Positions 38,667 through 47,113 of a stretch of DNA of 64,000 bases are shown here, in pieces. The position numbers were made by a program, and so were the translations under genes. Position 1 is the stretch's first letter, and every line of letters begins with the position of its first letter. The notes below the pieces were generated by a model, which searched no databases, was not told the DNA's origin, and saw only the letters and a list, made by a program, of their open reading frames with translations. The DNA is taken from positions 128,001 to 192,000 of the IMG/VR virus record IMGVR_UViG_3300013121_000033. The stretch is one strand, 5' to 3'. Source of the stretch: a virus (lineage: Duplodnaviria > Caudoviricetes).

Positions 38667-38702
38667 GACCCCACCCTACCCGAATGTTGTGGTCACGTCA
38701 AC
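38664..38702 (-). promoter_or_regulatory. MDND promoter cassette copy 8
   Basis: GTTGACGTGACCACAAC...TAGGGT. Confidence 0.85.
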
Positions 38703-39006
38703 GTTTGCGGATGGTGGCGGCGAGTTCCCGCTTGATGGCGTTCAACTCGGCGAACCTGACCATCCCGTCAGCGATCTCCGTTTCCGTCTCCCGGAGCCAG
38801 TGCTCCGACGCGGCAGGCCACCGGACGCGGTCCTGGCCGTACACAGCCACGATTGACATGACAAGATCAACGAGCGTCTGGCGGAGAACCACGAGGTCCC
38901 TGGCCGCCACGTCGCAGGCCGCGGAGATGTCGTCGAGTTCCGAAGCCAGTTCGTCCAACGACCACGTAGCGATCGTGTCAGCGTCCATGATCGTCCGAAC
39001 CGTCAC
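38698..39006 (-). CDS. hypothetical protein
   Basis: GTGA overlap with 17-aa MDND mini-gene. Confidence 0.65.
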   Translation of the reverse strand: MTVRTIMDADTIATWSLDELASELDDISAACDVAARDLVVLRQTLVDLVMSIVAVYGQDRVRWPAASEHWLRETETEIADGMVRFAELNAIKRELAATIRKR

Positions 39007-39056
39007 CGAGCCCGAGCGGCCGCCTGGTCGGTGAGAGAGATCGTGTCGTTGTCCAT
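39003..39056 (-). CDS. 17-aa mini-gene MDNDTISLTDQAAARAR
   Basis: cassette ATG; stop overlaps next GTG. Confidence 0.55.
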   Translation of the reverse strand: MDNDTISLTDQAAARAR

Positions 39057-39092
39057 GTGCACACCCTACGTGCCCGTTGTCGTCACGTCAAC
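39054..39092 (-). promoter_or_regulatory. MDND promoter cassette copy 9
   Basis: GTTGACGTGACGACAAC...TAGGGT. Confidence 0.85.
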
Positions 39093-39270
39093 GTTGGGGG
39101 TGATGCGGGCGATCCATTCGCTCGTCGTCTCGTCAGGGCGGCGGTCGTGCTTGCGGGCCTTCGGCACGGACGCCATCTCCAAGACCGTCCCGAGGTTGGC
39201 CTCGCCACGTCGAGTACCGACCGCGCGTCCCATGTTCTCGGTGCCCACAGACGACACAAGCTAGCGTTTG

Positions 39271-39342
39271 AGCGCCCCCCGGGAGTCGAACCCGGTTTCC
39301 ACGCTTTGCAGGCGCAGCCCTCGCCGTCCGGTGCCGAGGCGC
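39271..39342 (-). tRNA. tRNA-Cys(GCA)
   Basis: loop CTGCAAA, U73; atypical D arm. Confidence 0.85.
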
Positions 39343-39349
39343 ATCGCTA

Positions 39350-39404
39350 CCTTCGACCTCACCCTTATCAGGGGTGCGCTCTAAACCTGCTGAGCTACCT
39401 GCCG
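39350..39404 (-). pseudogene. truncated tRNA-Ile(GAT) (no T arm or 3' acceptor strand)
   Basis: intact D arm and CACCC-CTGATAA-GGGTG, then AGGTCG with no TTCGA. Confidence 0.8.
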
Positions 39405-39405
39405 T

Positions 39406-39481
39406 TGGAGCGACCGACCGGATTCGAACCGGTACAACCAGGGTGGGGTCCTGGCGTGCTAACCGTTCACACTACGGTCGC
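39406..39481 (-). tRNA. tRNA-Gly(CCC), C33
   Basis: GCG acceptor, U73 CCA, loop ACCCCAC. Confidence 0.87.
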
Positions 39482-39496
39482 AGAGGTTGTGTGCGT

Positions 39497-39570
39497 TGGA
39501 GCGGATCACCGGAATCGAACCGGTTCTTCCAGGGTGGCGTCCTGGTGTGCGGCCTTCACACCCGACCCGC
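39497..39570 (-). tRNA. tRNA-Gly(GCC), C33
   Basis: GCG acceptor, U73 CCA, loop ACGCCAC. Confidence 0.85.
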
Positions 39571-39571
39571 A

Positions 39572-39648
39572 TGGCGCCACCGAAGGGACTCGAACCCTCG
39601 ACCTTCCGCTCGACAAGCGGCTGCTCTCACCATCTGAGCTACGGCGGC
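39572..39648 (-). tRNA. tRNA-Asp(GTC)
   Basis: loop TTGTCGA, G73 CCA. Confidence 0.92.
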
Positions 39649-39667
39649 ATAGATGAAGTTGTCAGGG

Positions 39668-39740
39668 TGCCCTCGCCAGGATTCGAACCCGGGCTCGTAC
39701 CGTTAGGACCGGTCTGCTCTATCCGCTGAGCTACGAGGGC
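39668..39740 (-). tRNA. tRNA-Arg(CCT)
   Basis: loop GTCCTAA, A20. Confidence 0.9.
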
Positions 39741-39801
39741 GTGACGGTCGATGTTCCTGTTCTGTGCCTTCGCTTCACGATTCGTCGTTCCTTTCAATCG
39801 G

Positions 39802-39879
39802 TGGAGCCGGTGGTCGGACTTGAACCGACAACCTGACGTATACAAGACGCCTGCTCTATCCAAGTTGAGCTACACCGGC
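39802..39879 (-). tRNA. tRNA-Thr(TGT)
   Basis: GCC acceptor, loop CTTGTAT. Confidence 0.92.
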
Positions 39880-39881
39880 AT

Positions 39882-39957
39882 TGGAGCCCTCGCCCGGGAT
39901 CGAACCGGGGACCTCATCCCTACCATGGATGCGCTCTACCAACTGAGCTACGGGGGC
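39882..39957 (-). tRNA. tRNA-Thr(GGT)
   Basis: loop ATGGTAG. Confidence 0.94.
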
Positions 39958-39958
39958 G

Positions 39959-40034
39959 TGGAGCCTGTGACCCGGATCGAACGGGTGACCTCCGCTTTAC
40001 GAGAGCGGCGCTCTACCAACTGAGCTACACAGGC
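39959..40034 (-). tRNA. tRNA-Thr(CGT)
   Basis: loop CTCGTAA. Confidence 0.95.
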
Positions 40035-40053
40035 AACGATGTTTTGCCTTGCG

Positions 40054-40129
40054 TGGTCCAGGTCGGAATCGAACCGACGACCCCTCGCGTTTCAGGCGAG
40101 TGCTCTCTCCGAGTCTGAGCTACTGGACC
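40054..40129 (-). tRNA. tRNA-Phe(GAA)
   Basis: loop CTGAAAC. Confidence 0.93.
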
Positions 40130-40157
40130 GAGAACCGATCCAGCCTGCTCGACGGGA

Positions 40158-40250
40158 TCAGCGACAACGTCCGCCGCCGATCCCGGTGGTATCGGTGATA
40201 CCTCGGGGACCGGCGGTGGGGAATGTCCTGATCGTCAGCGTCGAACGCAT
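40158..40250 (-). CDS. leaderless leader peptide MRSTLTIRTFPTAGPRGITDTTGIGGGRCR of the Phe-Thr3-Arg-Asp-Gly2-Ile-Cys tRNA operon
   Basis: TAGTGT -10 at 40258-40263, ATG 7 nt later; has a codon for every downstream tRNA. Confidence 0.78.
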   Translation of the reverse strand: MRSTLTIRTFPTAGPRGITDTTGIGGGRCR

Positions 40251-40284
40251 GACAGCGACACTACGACACCCGACCGGTGAACGT

Positions 40285-40521
40285 CTACCGGTTTCTCGCG
40301 ACCACGGCGAGGTACCGGTCTGCGAGTTCGGACGCGACAGCGTGGTGGGCGAAGATGAGCGTGACCCCGTTCGCTGCGGGGGGCCAACACGTCGCTGCGA
40401 ACTGGGGTAGCTGAGCGTCGGCGGGGAGGGAGCCCGTCTCGTTCAGCGTCGCGTACTCGGCGTGGAGCGTCGCGAGGTAGTCGTCGGTGAACGTTCGGGC
40501 GAGTTCGTCAGCGCGTCTCAT
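40285..40521 (-). CDS. hypothetical protein
   Basis: ORF, codon bias. Confidence 0.55.
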   Translation of the reverse strand: MRRADELARTFTDDYLATLHAEYATLNETGSLPADAQLPQFAATCWPPAANGVTLIFAHHAVASELADRYLAVVARNR

Positions 40522-40532
40522 CGGTGCTCGTT

Positions 40533-40808
40533 TCAGTCGGTGGGTGTCTCGTTGAGGCCGTCGTTCGCCGACCGGTACATGTCGTAGATGTCCTTGCACG
40601 CCTGGCACATCGGCAACCGGCGCGGGTCGCGGGACGGCACCCAGACGTGGCCGCACAACGCTTCGAGCGGGGTCCCCTCGATGCGGGCAGTGAGCACCTT
40701 GTCCGCCGCGTTCTCACCGGGACGGGTCTTGACGATGTGAGCGACCGGGCCGTCCTCAGTCGCAGTCGTATCGGACGGGATCGTCGAAGGGGACTCGATG
40801 GTGGTCAA
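40533..40808 (-). CDS. DUF3039-domain protein
   Basis: AHIV...ALCGHVWVPSRDP...CQACKDIY. Confidence 0.85.
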   Translation of the reverse strand: MTTIESPSTIPSDTTATEDGPVAHIVKTRPGENAADKVLTARIEGTPLEALCGHVWVPSRDPRRLPMCQACKDIYDMYRSANDGLNETPTD

Positions 40809-41054
40809 CGGTCACTTCCTGGTCTTGGGTTTGCGGTTTGCGGGCGGGGTGCTTCCCGCGTCCCGCTCGGATGCGGGCGTGGCCGCGGGCGTGCCACGGT
40901 TCGATCGGGTGTTGCTTGCGCCACTCGGCGAGTAGACGGGCGTGTTCGCGCATGGCTGCGGCGAGGTCGTCGGGGTGGGCGGCACGGGCCTGTTCCCACA
41001 GACTGCGGTAGGTCCCGCGGCGGCTCTCGCGGTTCACTGACGGAGGCATCGAGT

Positions 41055-41378
41055 TCAGCCTTCGATCTCTCGGCGGGCCTGTTCGTAGCCGCCGCGGTCA
41101 ACTTGCTTCCATCGTGGCGGCAGGACCACGGTCGCTTCGATCGGGACACGGGTCATGAGGTGCATCGTGTCGTCCGGGGTCGGGTAGTGGTCGATCGCGC
41201 CGACAGCGCGTTCCACGGGGAACGGGACGACAGGTCCGGTCTTGCCGGGGGTGACGACCTGGACGTCGATCACGGAGTCGGCGGCGACCCAGTCGGGAAC
41301 GAGTTCCTTCGGGAGGCGAACGAACCGGGCGTCGGCAACGAAGTAGACGTTCGCGTCCGGTGGGGTGGGGCGGGTCAC
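41055..41378 (-). CDS. hypothetical protein
   Basis: GTGA overlap. Confidence 0.6.
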   Translation of the reverse strand: MTRPTPPDANVYFVADARFVRLPKELVPDWVAADSVIDVQVVTPGKTGPVVPFPVERAVGAIDHYPTPDDTMHLMTRVPIEATVVLPPRWKQVDRGGYEQARREIEG

Positions 41379-41986
41379 GGAAGCAGCACCTCCAACGCCT
41401 CGCTGTACTTCAACCCGAGACGGGCCGCGGTCGGTTCGTCCATCCTGCCCGCTGCGACCGCGGTCTTGATGCCGGACAGGTTCCGGAGGGTGTCGGCCAG
41501 CTTCACCGGTCGGGCGACCGGGTCCGCTGCGATCGCTTCGAGGTAGGGGCGGCGCGGTGTCCCCTTCTCGTGGGTGAGTAGGCCGACGGCGGTGACGACG
41601 GGTCTGATCCACAGGGGGGAGCGGGTGAACCCGGGGAAGCGACACAGCGTGGCTTGGACACGGTCGAGCGGCCAGTCGGGGACGTCCTCGGGGACGTCGT
41701 GGAGCCAGGCTGCGCTAACGGCTTGGACACGGTCAGTGGCGGTGAGGAAGGTGGTGAACATTCCGCAGACGGACGCTGTGAGCGTCGCGACCGGTTCGAC
41801 GTGGTCGGTGATGTACGGGCCGGACCCGTACTTGCCGACGGCGTCGGCGTGCGCGACGCGGGCGACAGCCTGGCATGCGTCGATCACCCTGCCAGCGTTC
41901 AGGTCGATCTGTCCGACGTAGCCTGCGCACCGGGCGCAGAGCGTGTCGCCGCCGCTTGCCTGTTCGCAGATGAGGCACACGGTCAT
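41375..41986 (-). CDS. HD-domain hydrolase, RelA/SpoT-hydrolase-like
   Basis: AH...PYITDH, AWLHDVPED, LLT, VKLADTLRN. Confidence 0.85.
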   Translation of the reverse strand: MTVCLICEQASGGDTLCARCAGYVGQIDLNAGRVIDACQAVARVAHADAVGKYGSGPYITDHVEPVATLTASVCGMFTTFLTATDRVQAVSAAWLHDVPEDVPDWPLDRVQATLCRFPGFTRSPLWIRPVVTAVGLLTHEKGTPRRPYLEAIAADPVARPVKLADTLRNLSGIKTAVAAGRMDEPTAARLGLKYSEALEVLLP

Positions 41987-42423
41987 CGCGCGCCATCCCG
42001 TTCGAAGCGGAACATCGGGTGGACCGGCCGATCGTCGGGCACCATCGCGCCGCCACCGGCGCAGACCCGTTCGTGGTGGTCGCGTTCGGTCTGCTTGTAC
42101 CAGTCGAGGATCGGGCCGCCGTACGACAGGCTGTGGACCATCCGGATGCGGTCGAGGCACCGTTCGTACTGTGCGGTCGTGCCGCCGTACTCGACCTGGT
42201 CGAGCGCCCACGCCAGGCCGTCGCTCAGGAGTCGAACGCGTGCCTCGGCGTCGTGGACGTACGCCCAGGTCGTGTTCTCCCTCCACGCCGCCTCGGCCTG
42301 CTGTTGGCGGGCGACGAACGACAGGACATCGAGTGCCGTATCGGTGTCCGGGTTCTTGTCCCGAGCGTGGGACTTGAGGACAGCCGCGGTCACGTCGACC
42401 ATCGTCGGCTCAGTGGTACTCAT
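41983..42423 (-). CDS. hypothetical protein
   Basis: ORF in operon. Confidence 0.65.
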   Translation of the reverse strand: MSTTEPTMVDVTAAVLKSHARDKNPDTDTALDVLSFVARQQQAEAAWRENTTWAYVHDAEARVRLLSDGLAWALDQVEYGGTTAQYERCLDRIRMVHSLSYGGPILDWYKQTERDHHERVCAGGGAMVPDDRPVHPMFRFERDGAR

Positions 42424-42959
42424 GGGTGTTCCTCGATTCGAGCGAGTAGAAGGTCAAGGTCATCGAACGACATCGTGACCACTTCGGTGTCGCGTAAGCG
42501 GCCGATCTCGGCCCCCGCCTGCGCTGCTCGACGGACAAGCCCAACGAACCGGTCGCGGATGAGGGCTTCAACCCGGTCGGCTTCGGCGCGTTGCGCTGAG
42601 CGTTCGGCAGCGATGGCGGCAGCCTTCGCTTCGCGTTTGGCGATCGCGTGGACGCCGCGGTGTTCGATCATCCGGCGTGCTCCGGACAGCGAGTAGTGCC
42701 GCTGGTCGGTCCACCCGGGGTGGGTGCCGATCGCCATGATGAACCGGCAGTGGGCATCGAGGAGGACCGACACCTTGAACTCGCCGGGGTCGTCTCCCAA
42801 GACGATCCGGTCCCGTGGCGCTTGGAACGTGACGACGGTCCACGGTCGAGCGTCCCGTCCGCGTTGGCCGCTGTAGCCGATGCGGTGGAGCGGGATCGGG
42901 TCGACTTTCGTGAACCCGTGCTCCGCGGCGAACGCGTCGAGATCAGCGGCGTCAACCAC
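42420..42959 (-). CDS. hypothetical protein
   Basis: ORF in operon. Confidence 0.65.
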   Translation of the reverse strand: MVDAADLDAFAAEHGFTKVDPIPLHRIGYSGQRGRDARPWTVVTFQAPRDRIVLGDDPGEFKVSVLLDAHCRFIMAIGTHPGWTDQRHYSLSGARRMIEHRGVHAIAKREAKAAAIAAERSAQRAEADRVEALIRDRFVGLVRRAAQAGAEIGRLRDTEVVTMSFDDLDLLLARIEEHP

Positions 42960-43085
42960 GGCGCACCCGCCGGAGGATCACGGCCGCCGATCCGGTGACC
43001 GCGGCCCACACGGCGAGAGTGGTGAGGCACCCGAACCCGAGACACCCCAGGTTCAGATAGATGCGGGGGGCGCAACCGCGGCTCA

Positions 43086-43328
43086 TCACGCGACCCGGTC
43101 GGCTCGGAGCACAGGGGCCATCGAGTAGTTGCCGAGCGGCAGGCACGTCTCGACACCGTCGCGCACCTTCACCCCGACACGACGAAGGACGCCGTTGACA
43201 TCGGGGATGACGACGAACTTCGCGGTGCGGGCCTCGACGGTGACCGGGGTGCGAAGGGTGGAGTCGGTCGCCCAGCGCATCTCGTACGTCTTGCCAACCT
43301 TGAACTCGGTGATCATGTCGTTGTCCAT
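43086..43328 (-). CDS. hypothetical protein (MDNDMITEFKVGKTY...)
   Basis: cassette ATG; FKVGKTY...RTAKFV...YSMAPVLRA. Confidence 0.78.
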   Translation of the reverse strand: MDNDMITEFKVGKTYEMRWATDSTLRTPVTVEARTAKFVVIPDVNGVLRRVGVKVRDGVETCLPLGNYSMAPVLRADRVA

Positions 43329-43364
43329 GCCCACACCCTACCGTTCTGTTATGGTCACGTCAAC
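43326..43364 (-). promoter_or_regulatory. MDND promoter cassette copy 10
   Basis: GTTGACGTGACCATAAC...TAGGGT. Confidence 0.85.
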
Positions 43365-43577
43365 GTTCGGGGTGGCGATGGCGGCAAGAATGTTCGCGAT
43401 CCGGGCCACGTCGCCAGGGTGCGGCCAGGTCAGATCGTCGTCAGAGCACATGAACCCCAGGTCAGAGTGGCGTCGCTCCCACTCGGCGTGCAGCACCTCA
43501 GCGAGGTCATCACACTCGGAGAGAGCAGCGAGCGCTCGCGACGCAGCGACCAGCTTGCGAGGAGTGACTAGCTTCAC
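43338..43577 (-). CDS. hypothetical protein
   Basis: GTGA overlap. Confidence 0.5.
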   Translation of the reverse strand: MKLVTPRKLVAASRALAALSECDDLAEVLHAEWERRHSDLGFMCSDDDLTWPHPGDVARIANILAAIATPNVDVTITER

Positions 43578-46390
43578 GCTGTCCTCCGGTCGTCGTCGTC
43601 ACAGTCGTCGTTGTCGGGTGGGGGGATGTTGAGCGGCCGGTGACCGTGCTCCTCGACGAAGTCGTGATCGAGTAGACCGACGAGGTCGCCCCATTCGTCT
43701 TGGACGCCGTCGTTCAACGCTGTCGCTGTCGATGCGAGGTCTGCGAACGTGGCGTCGGGGTTGGCGTCGACCCAACCGGACTCGATAGCTCGTTTGAGGA
43801 CGAAGGTGACCGAGGCCCTGTCGAGGTCGTCGTCGTAGCGGAGCGTCTTGAGGTGCCCTTCCCACAGGTCGGGGTCGGCGTAGTCGTCGATGAACCGTTG
43901 GTACTGGGCGGTTTCCCACTCGGCTCGAAGCGTGTCCCGGAGGGCGTCGAACGCGGCCCCTGCGCGTCGCCCGATCGCCGTGGCGCGGTCGCGGGCGGTG
44001 TTGTACTCGGCGGTGGCGGCGTCGAGCGCGTCGAGTTCGGCCCGGTCGAGCCACGCGGCTTTCGCGATGAAGTCGTCACGGCTGTACTGGGGGACGCCCC
44101 AGGTGTTGAACCGGGACAGGGTGATGCCGTCGCGGGTTCGTTTCCACTCGTACTCGACACACGTCTTGACCGGCGCTTCGATCTTTCCGGTGGCAGGACG
44201 GTCCGGTGGCGGGAGGAGCGGCGGGAACCACAGGTGTGCGTAGAACAGGCCGCGCTTGTGCTCGTTGTCCTTCCGGAAGATGACGCCGTAGAACCGGGGG
44301 TCGGCGTCGATCGTTGACCCCCAGCCGTTGCTGTAGGACCAGGAGCGGTCGGCGGCGTACCGTGCGGCGACCACGACGACTCGGGTGGCGACTTCCACGA
44401 TCTCGTGGGGGCGGAGATGGTCAGAGGGGTGGGCGTCGTGGTCCCAGCCGGTCCACCGGTCGGAGTGCCAGAGTAGACGCCAGCGGCGCCACCCGGTCCC
44501 GGTGACAGCCCATTCGGTGTCCACGGCGACCCCGGTTCGGGTGGGACGCCAGCGGTGGACCCACACGTTGCCGTCGTCCGCTGCCGAGTAGGCGACGTAG
44601 GTGCCGTTCGGTTTACGGGCGACAGCGAGCAGGTCCGGGACCGCGGCTTGGAACTCGGCGACCTTCGCTGCTTCCTTGTCGGCTTCGGTGTCACCGCGTT
44701 CGTCGTTCGTGACGCGCCGCCGGTACTCGGCGACGACCGCGGCAGCGACCCGGTCGTCGATGTCGCCGTCGAGGACGAGGGGCCGATGCCAGCGGTTCCC
44801 GAGCTTCCACCAGTCGACGAGTTCCCCCACCTTCGCTTCGGCGTCGGGGACGGAGACGGAGCAGTCGCGTGCGATGACCCCGGCGAGCATCGCCCGGACT
44901 GGTGCCTCGGCTTCGTGTTCGCGGCGCTTCGCTTCGAGGGTCGCCCGGATCAACGGGAGGACGGTCAGATAGTTGTGTCGCTCGGTGCGGGCGTTCAGGT
45001 AGAAGTCGAGGTCGTCGGGGTTGACGAGGTCGAACGCGATGACGAACGGGTCGGCCGGGTGGATGAGGACGGTGGCCCGATGCTTGTACGGCCACTCGCC
45101 CCACGCGCCACGCCACCCGGCCGGTTCGCTGGGGTGTTCCCATCCCCATCGTTTGTCGGTGCGGTCGAACTTGACCGTCAGGTACTCGGCGCCTTGGTGG
45201 CGGCGGGTGCCGTCGATCACGACGGGGGTCATCTCGGGGAGGCCGCGGGCGTCGCTGGGGAACACGCGGCCGCCGTAGCCGTCGCGGTCGACGTGGTTCT
45301 CGGATCGGAAGTCGGTCGAGTTGAACGCGACAACGACTCGCATCCCGGGGCGGAGCCCGGCGTTGAGGTCTTTGAGCCACTGCGAGAACGGGGGGCGGCC
45401 GGTGCCGATCGCCCGTTCGGCGTCGGTGATGATCGCGACGTGTCCGGCGTCGTAGTCGTCGGGTTGGAGGACGGAGAGGCCGGGGTGGGGAAGGGGGTGG
45501 AACACGGTGGTGCGGTCGATGAGCCCCTGGATGACGAGCGCTGCCCGCATGTAGTGGCGGTGCTTCGAGTCGGCTTTCTCTTCGGCTTCGGCCCATTCGC
45601 GGCTGCCGGGCTTGAGGTCGACCCAGTCGCCGTGTTCGGCGCGTTCGTGTGACCATGCGCGGCGGCGGAACAGGGAGGTGAACTCGTCGGCGAGGGGGAC
45701 GAGACGGTGGCCGACGCGGAGGTCGGTGTGCATCCGGTACAGGTTGTCGCCGTTGCGGATCAGCCAGTACGAGTCGGTGTTCGCGTCCTTCATCGCGAGT
45801 GTCGTCCACGGGTTGCCGTAGTCGCGGTTCTGGCGTGACGCGACGAGGACAACGACCCCTTTCGGTTCGGGGATGATCTGCTCGACGTGGGCGGGGTCGG
45901 CGGCGAGCCACGCGTCGAACTCGGGGAGGTCGTTGATGTCGATGCCGCCGACCTCGGCTGCGATCCGGGATTCCTCATCCATCGCGAGGGTCATCTGGCG
46001 GATCGTGATGGGGGTGTCGGCGGGGGCCGGGTCGCCTTCGGTGAGGCGGACGATGCTTTCGTCACGGCCCAGGTACAGGTTGATCGTCCAGATGCCTTCC
46101 TGCATTCGGGCGACCATCTTCTTGAGCGGTTCGAGCACCTGGTTGGCACGGGCCATCTCGGCGTCGAGACGAGCGCGGAGCGCCTGCTGCGCGGCGGCGA
46201 CTTCGGACTGCTTGCGGCGCACGAGGGAATGGACTTCCGCCATGCGTGCCTTCACGACCGCGGGATCGCTGGTGACGTGCACGAGCGCGGTGCTGTGCTC
46301 CTGGTCGGCCAGGTCTGCCGCTTCGGCGGTCAAGCGTTCGAGGTCAGCGACCAGATCGGCGACGGACGGCTCAGCGTTGTCGGCGGTCAC
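43574..46390 (-). CDS. large hypothetical protein with N-terminal coiled coil
   Basis: 938 aa; GTG start overlapping upstream stop. Confidence 0.85.
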   Translation of the reverse strand: MTADNAEPSVADLVADLERLTAEAADLADQEHSTALVHVTSDPAVVKARMAEVHSLVRRKQSEVAAAQQALRARLDAEMARANQVLEPLKKMVARMQEGIWTINLYLGRDESIVRLTEGDPAPADTPITIRQMTLAMDEESRIAAEVGGIDINDLPEFDAWLAADPAHVEQIIPEPKGVVVLVASRQNRDYGNPWTTLAMKDANTDSYWLIRNGDNLYRMHTDLRVGHRLVPLADEFTSLFRRRAWSHERAEHGDWVDLKPGSREWAEAEEKADSKHRHYMRAALVIQGLIDRTTVFHPLPHPGLSVLQPDDYDAGHVAIITDAERAIGTGRPPFSQWLKDLNAGLRPGMRVVVAFNSTDFRSENHVDRDGYGGRVFPSDARGLPEMTPVVIDGTRRHQGAEYLTVKFDRTDKRWGWEHPSEPAGWRGAWGEWPYKHRATVLIHPADPFVIAFDLVNPDDLDFYLNARTERHNYLTVLPLIRATLEAKRREHEAEAPVRAMLAGVIARDCSVSVPDAEAKVGELVDWWKLGNRWHRPLVLDGDIDDRVAAAVVAEYRRRVTNDERGDTEADKEAAKVAEFQAAVPDLLAVARKPNGTYVAYSAADDGNVWVHRWRPTRTGVAVDTEWAVTGTGWRRWRLLWHSDRWTGWDHDAHPSDHLRPHEIVEVATRVVVVAARYAADRSWSYSNGWGSTIDADPRFYGVIFRKDNEHKRGLFYAHLWFPPLLPPPDRPATGKIEAPVKTCVEYEWKRTRDGITLSRFNTWGVPQYSRDDFIAKAAWLDRAELDALDAATAEYNTARDRATAIGRRAGAAFDALRDTLRAEWETAQYQRFIDDYADPDLWEGHLKTLRYDDDLDRASVTFVLKRAIESGWVDANPDATFADLASTATALNDGVQDEWGDLVGLLDHDFVEEHGHRPLNIPPPDNDDCDDDDRRTA

Positions 46391-46719
46391 GGTTCGACCG
46401 CCGACGTGATGCGCTTCGGGTCGAGCATGAGGCGACCCCAGCGGGGCGAGTAGACGACGACGGTGCGCCGGTTCACCTTCGCGACGGGGACCGGTTCCGG
46501 GTCGCTGAGGCCGCGGCGCGGGAGGTAGGTGACGAGGTCGCCGACGCCGACCGTGAGCGTCGTCGCGGTGACGGACGGCGGGGCGAGGCCGTCGGCTTCG
46601 TCGAGGGAGAACTCGTCGCCGCACGCCGAGCAGTGCATCTGGTCGCCCATGAAGTCCATCCGGTGACCGCCCGCGCCGCACGTCGCGCACCGGAACCGGT
46701 CGATGAGGGTGATGGTCAT
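46387..46719 (-). CDS. zinc-ribbon hypothetical protein
   Basis: CATC...CSAC. Confidence 0.65.
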   Translation of the reverse strand: MTITLIDRFRCATCGAGGHRMDFMGDQMHCSACGDEFSLDEADGLAPPSVTATTLTVGVGDLVTYLPRRGLSDPEPVPVAKVNRRTVVVYSPRWGRLMLDPKRITSAVEP

Positions 46720-46976
46720 GCCGTCGCCTCCTGTGCGAGCTTCTTGGCGCATCGCGGGCAGAGCCGTTCGGGGTCGACCGTGTGGAGCCAGTCGTCAGCG
46801 ATGGTCGCGAGTCGGGAGGCGGTGCCGCAGAGCGGAACGAGCGGCGGGAACCGATCGTCGGGCCACCGCGGAACGGGTCGGGAGACGTGGATGACGCGTC
46901 GGGCGGACTGGCCGCGCGCCGGTCGGGCCGCCCACTGGTACTCGAACGGCTCGGCGAGGTCGGGGAGTCTGCTCAT
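46716..46976 (-). CDS. hypothetical protein
   Basis: H...LCG...CPRC. Confidence 0.6.
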   Translation of the reverse strand: MSRLPDLAEPFEYQWAARPARGQSARRVIHVSRPVPRWPDDRFPPLVPLCGTASRLATIADDWLHTVDPERLCPRCAKKLAQEATA

Positions 46977-47068
46977 CCGTGGGTCCTTCGGTAGTGGGTC
47001 TTGTCGCCAGCGGCGATCGCCCACGACGATGGCTCGACAGCGGTGAAGGTGACGGTGTCGTTGTCCAT
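46973..47068 (-). CDS. 31-aa MDND mini-gene, truncated paralog of 34528-34872
   Basis: MDNDTVTFTAVEPSSWAIAAGDKTH vs MDNDDTVIFKAVEPSTYAIAVGDTIH. Confidence 0.65.
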   Translation of the reverse strand: MDNDTVTFTAVEPSSWAIAAGDKTHYRRTHG

Positions 47069-47106
47069 GGCGCACACTGTACCCGGCTTGTTGTGGTCAC
47101 GTCAAC
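47066..47106 (-). promoter_or_regulatory. MDND promoter cassette copy 11
   Basis: GTTGACGTGACCACAAC...TACAGT. Confidence 0.85.
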
Positions 47107-47113
47107 ATTGTTG

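Noticed and set aside
39374-40410. ORFs called across the tRNA arrays
   Set aside because: They coincide with well-formed tRNA genes.
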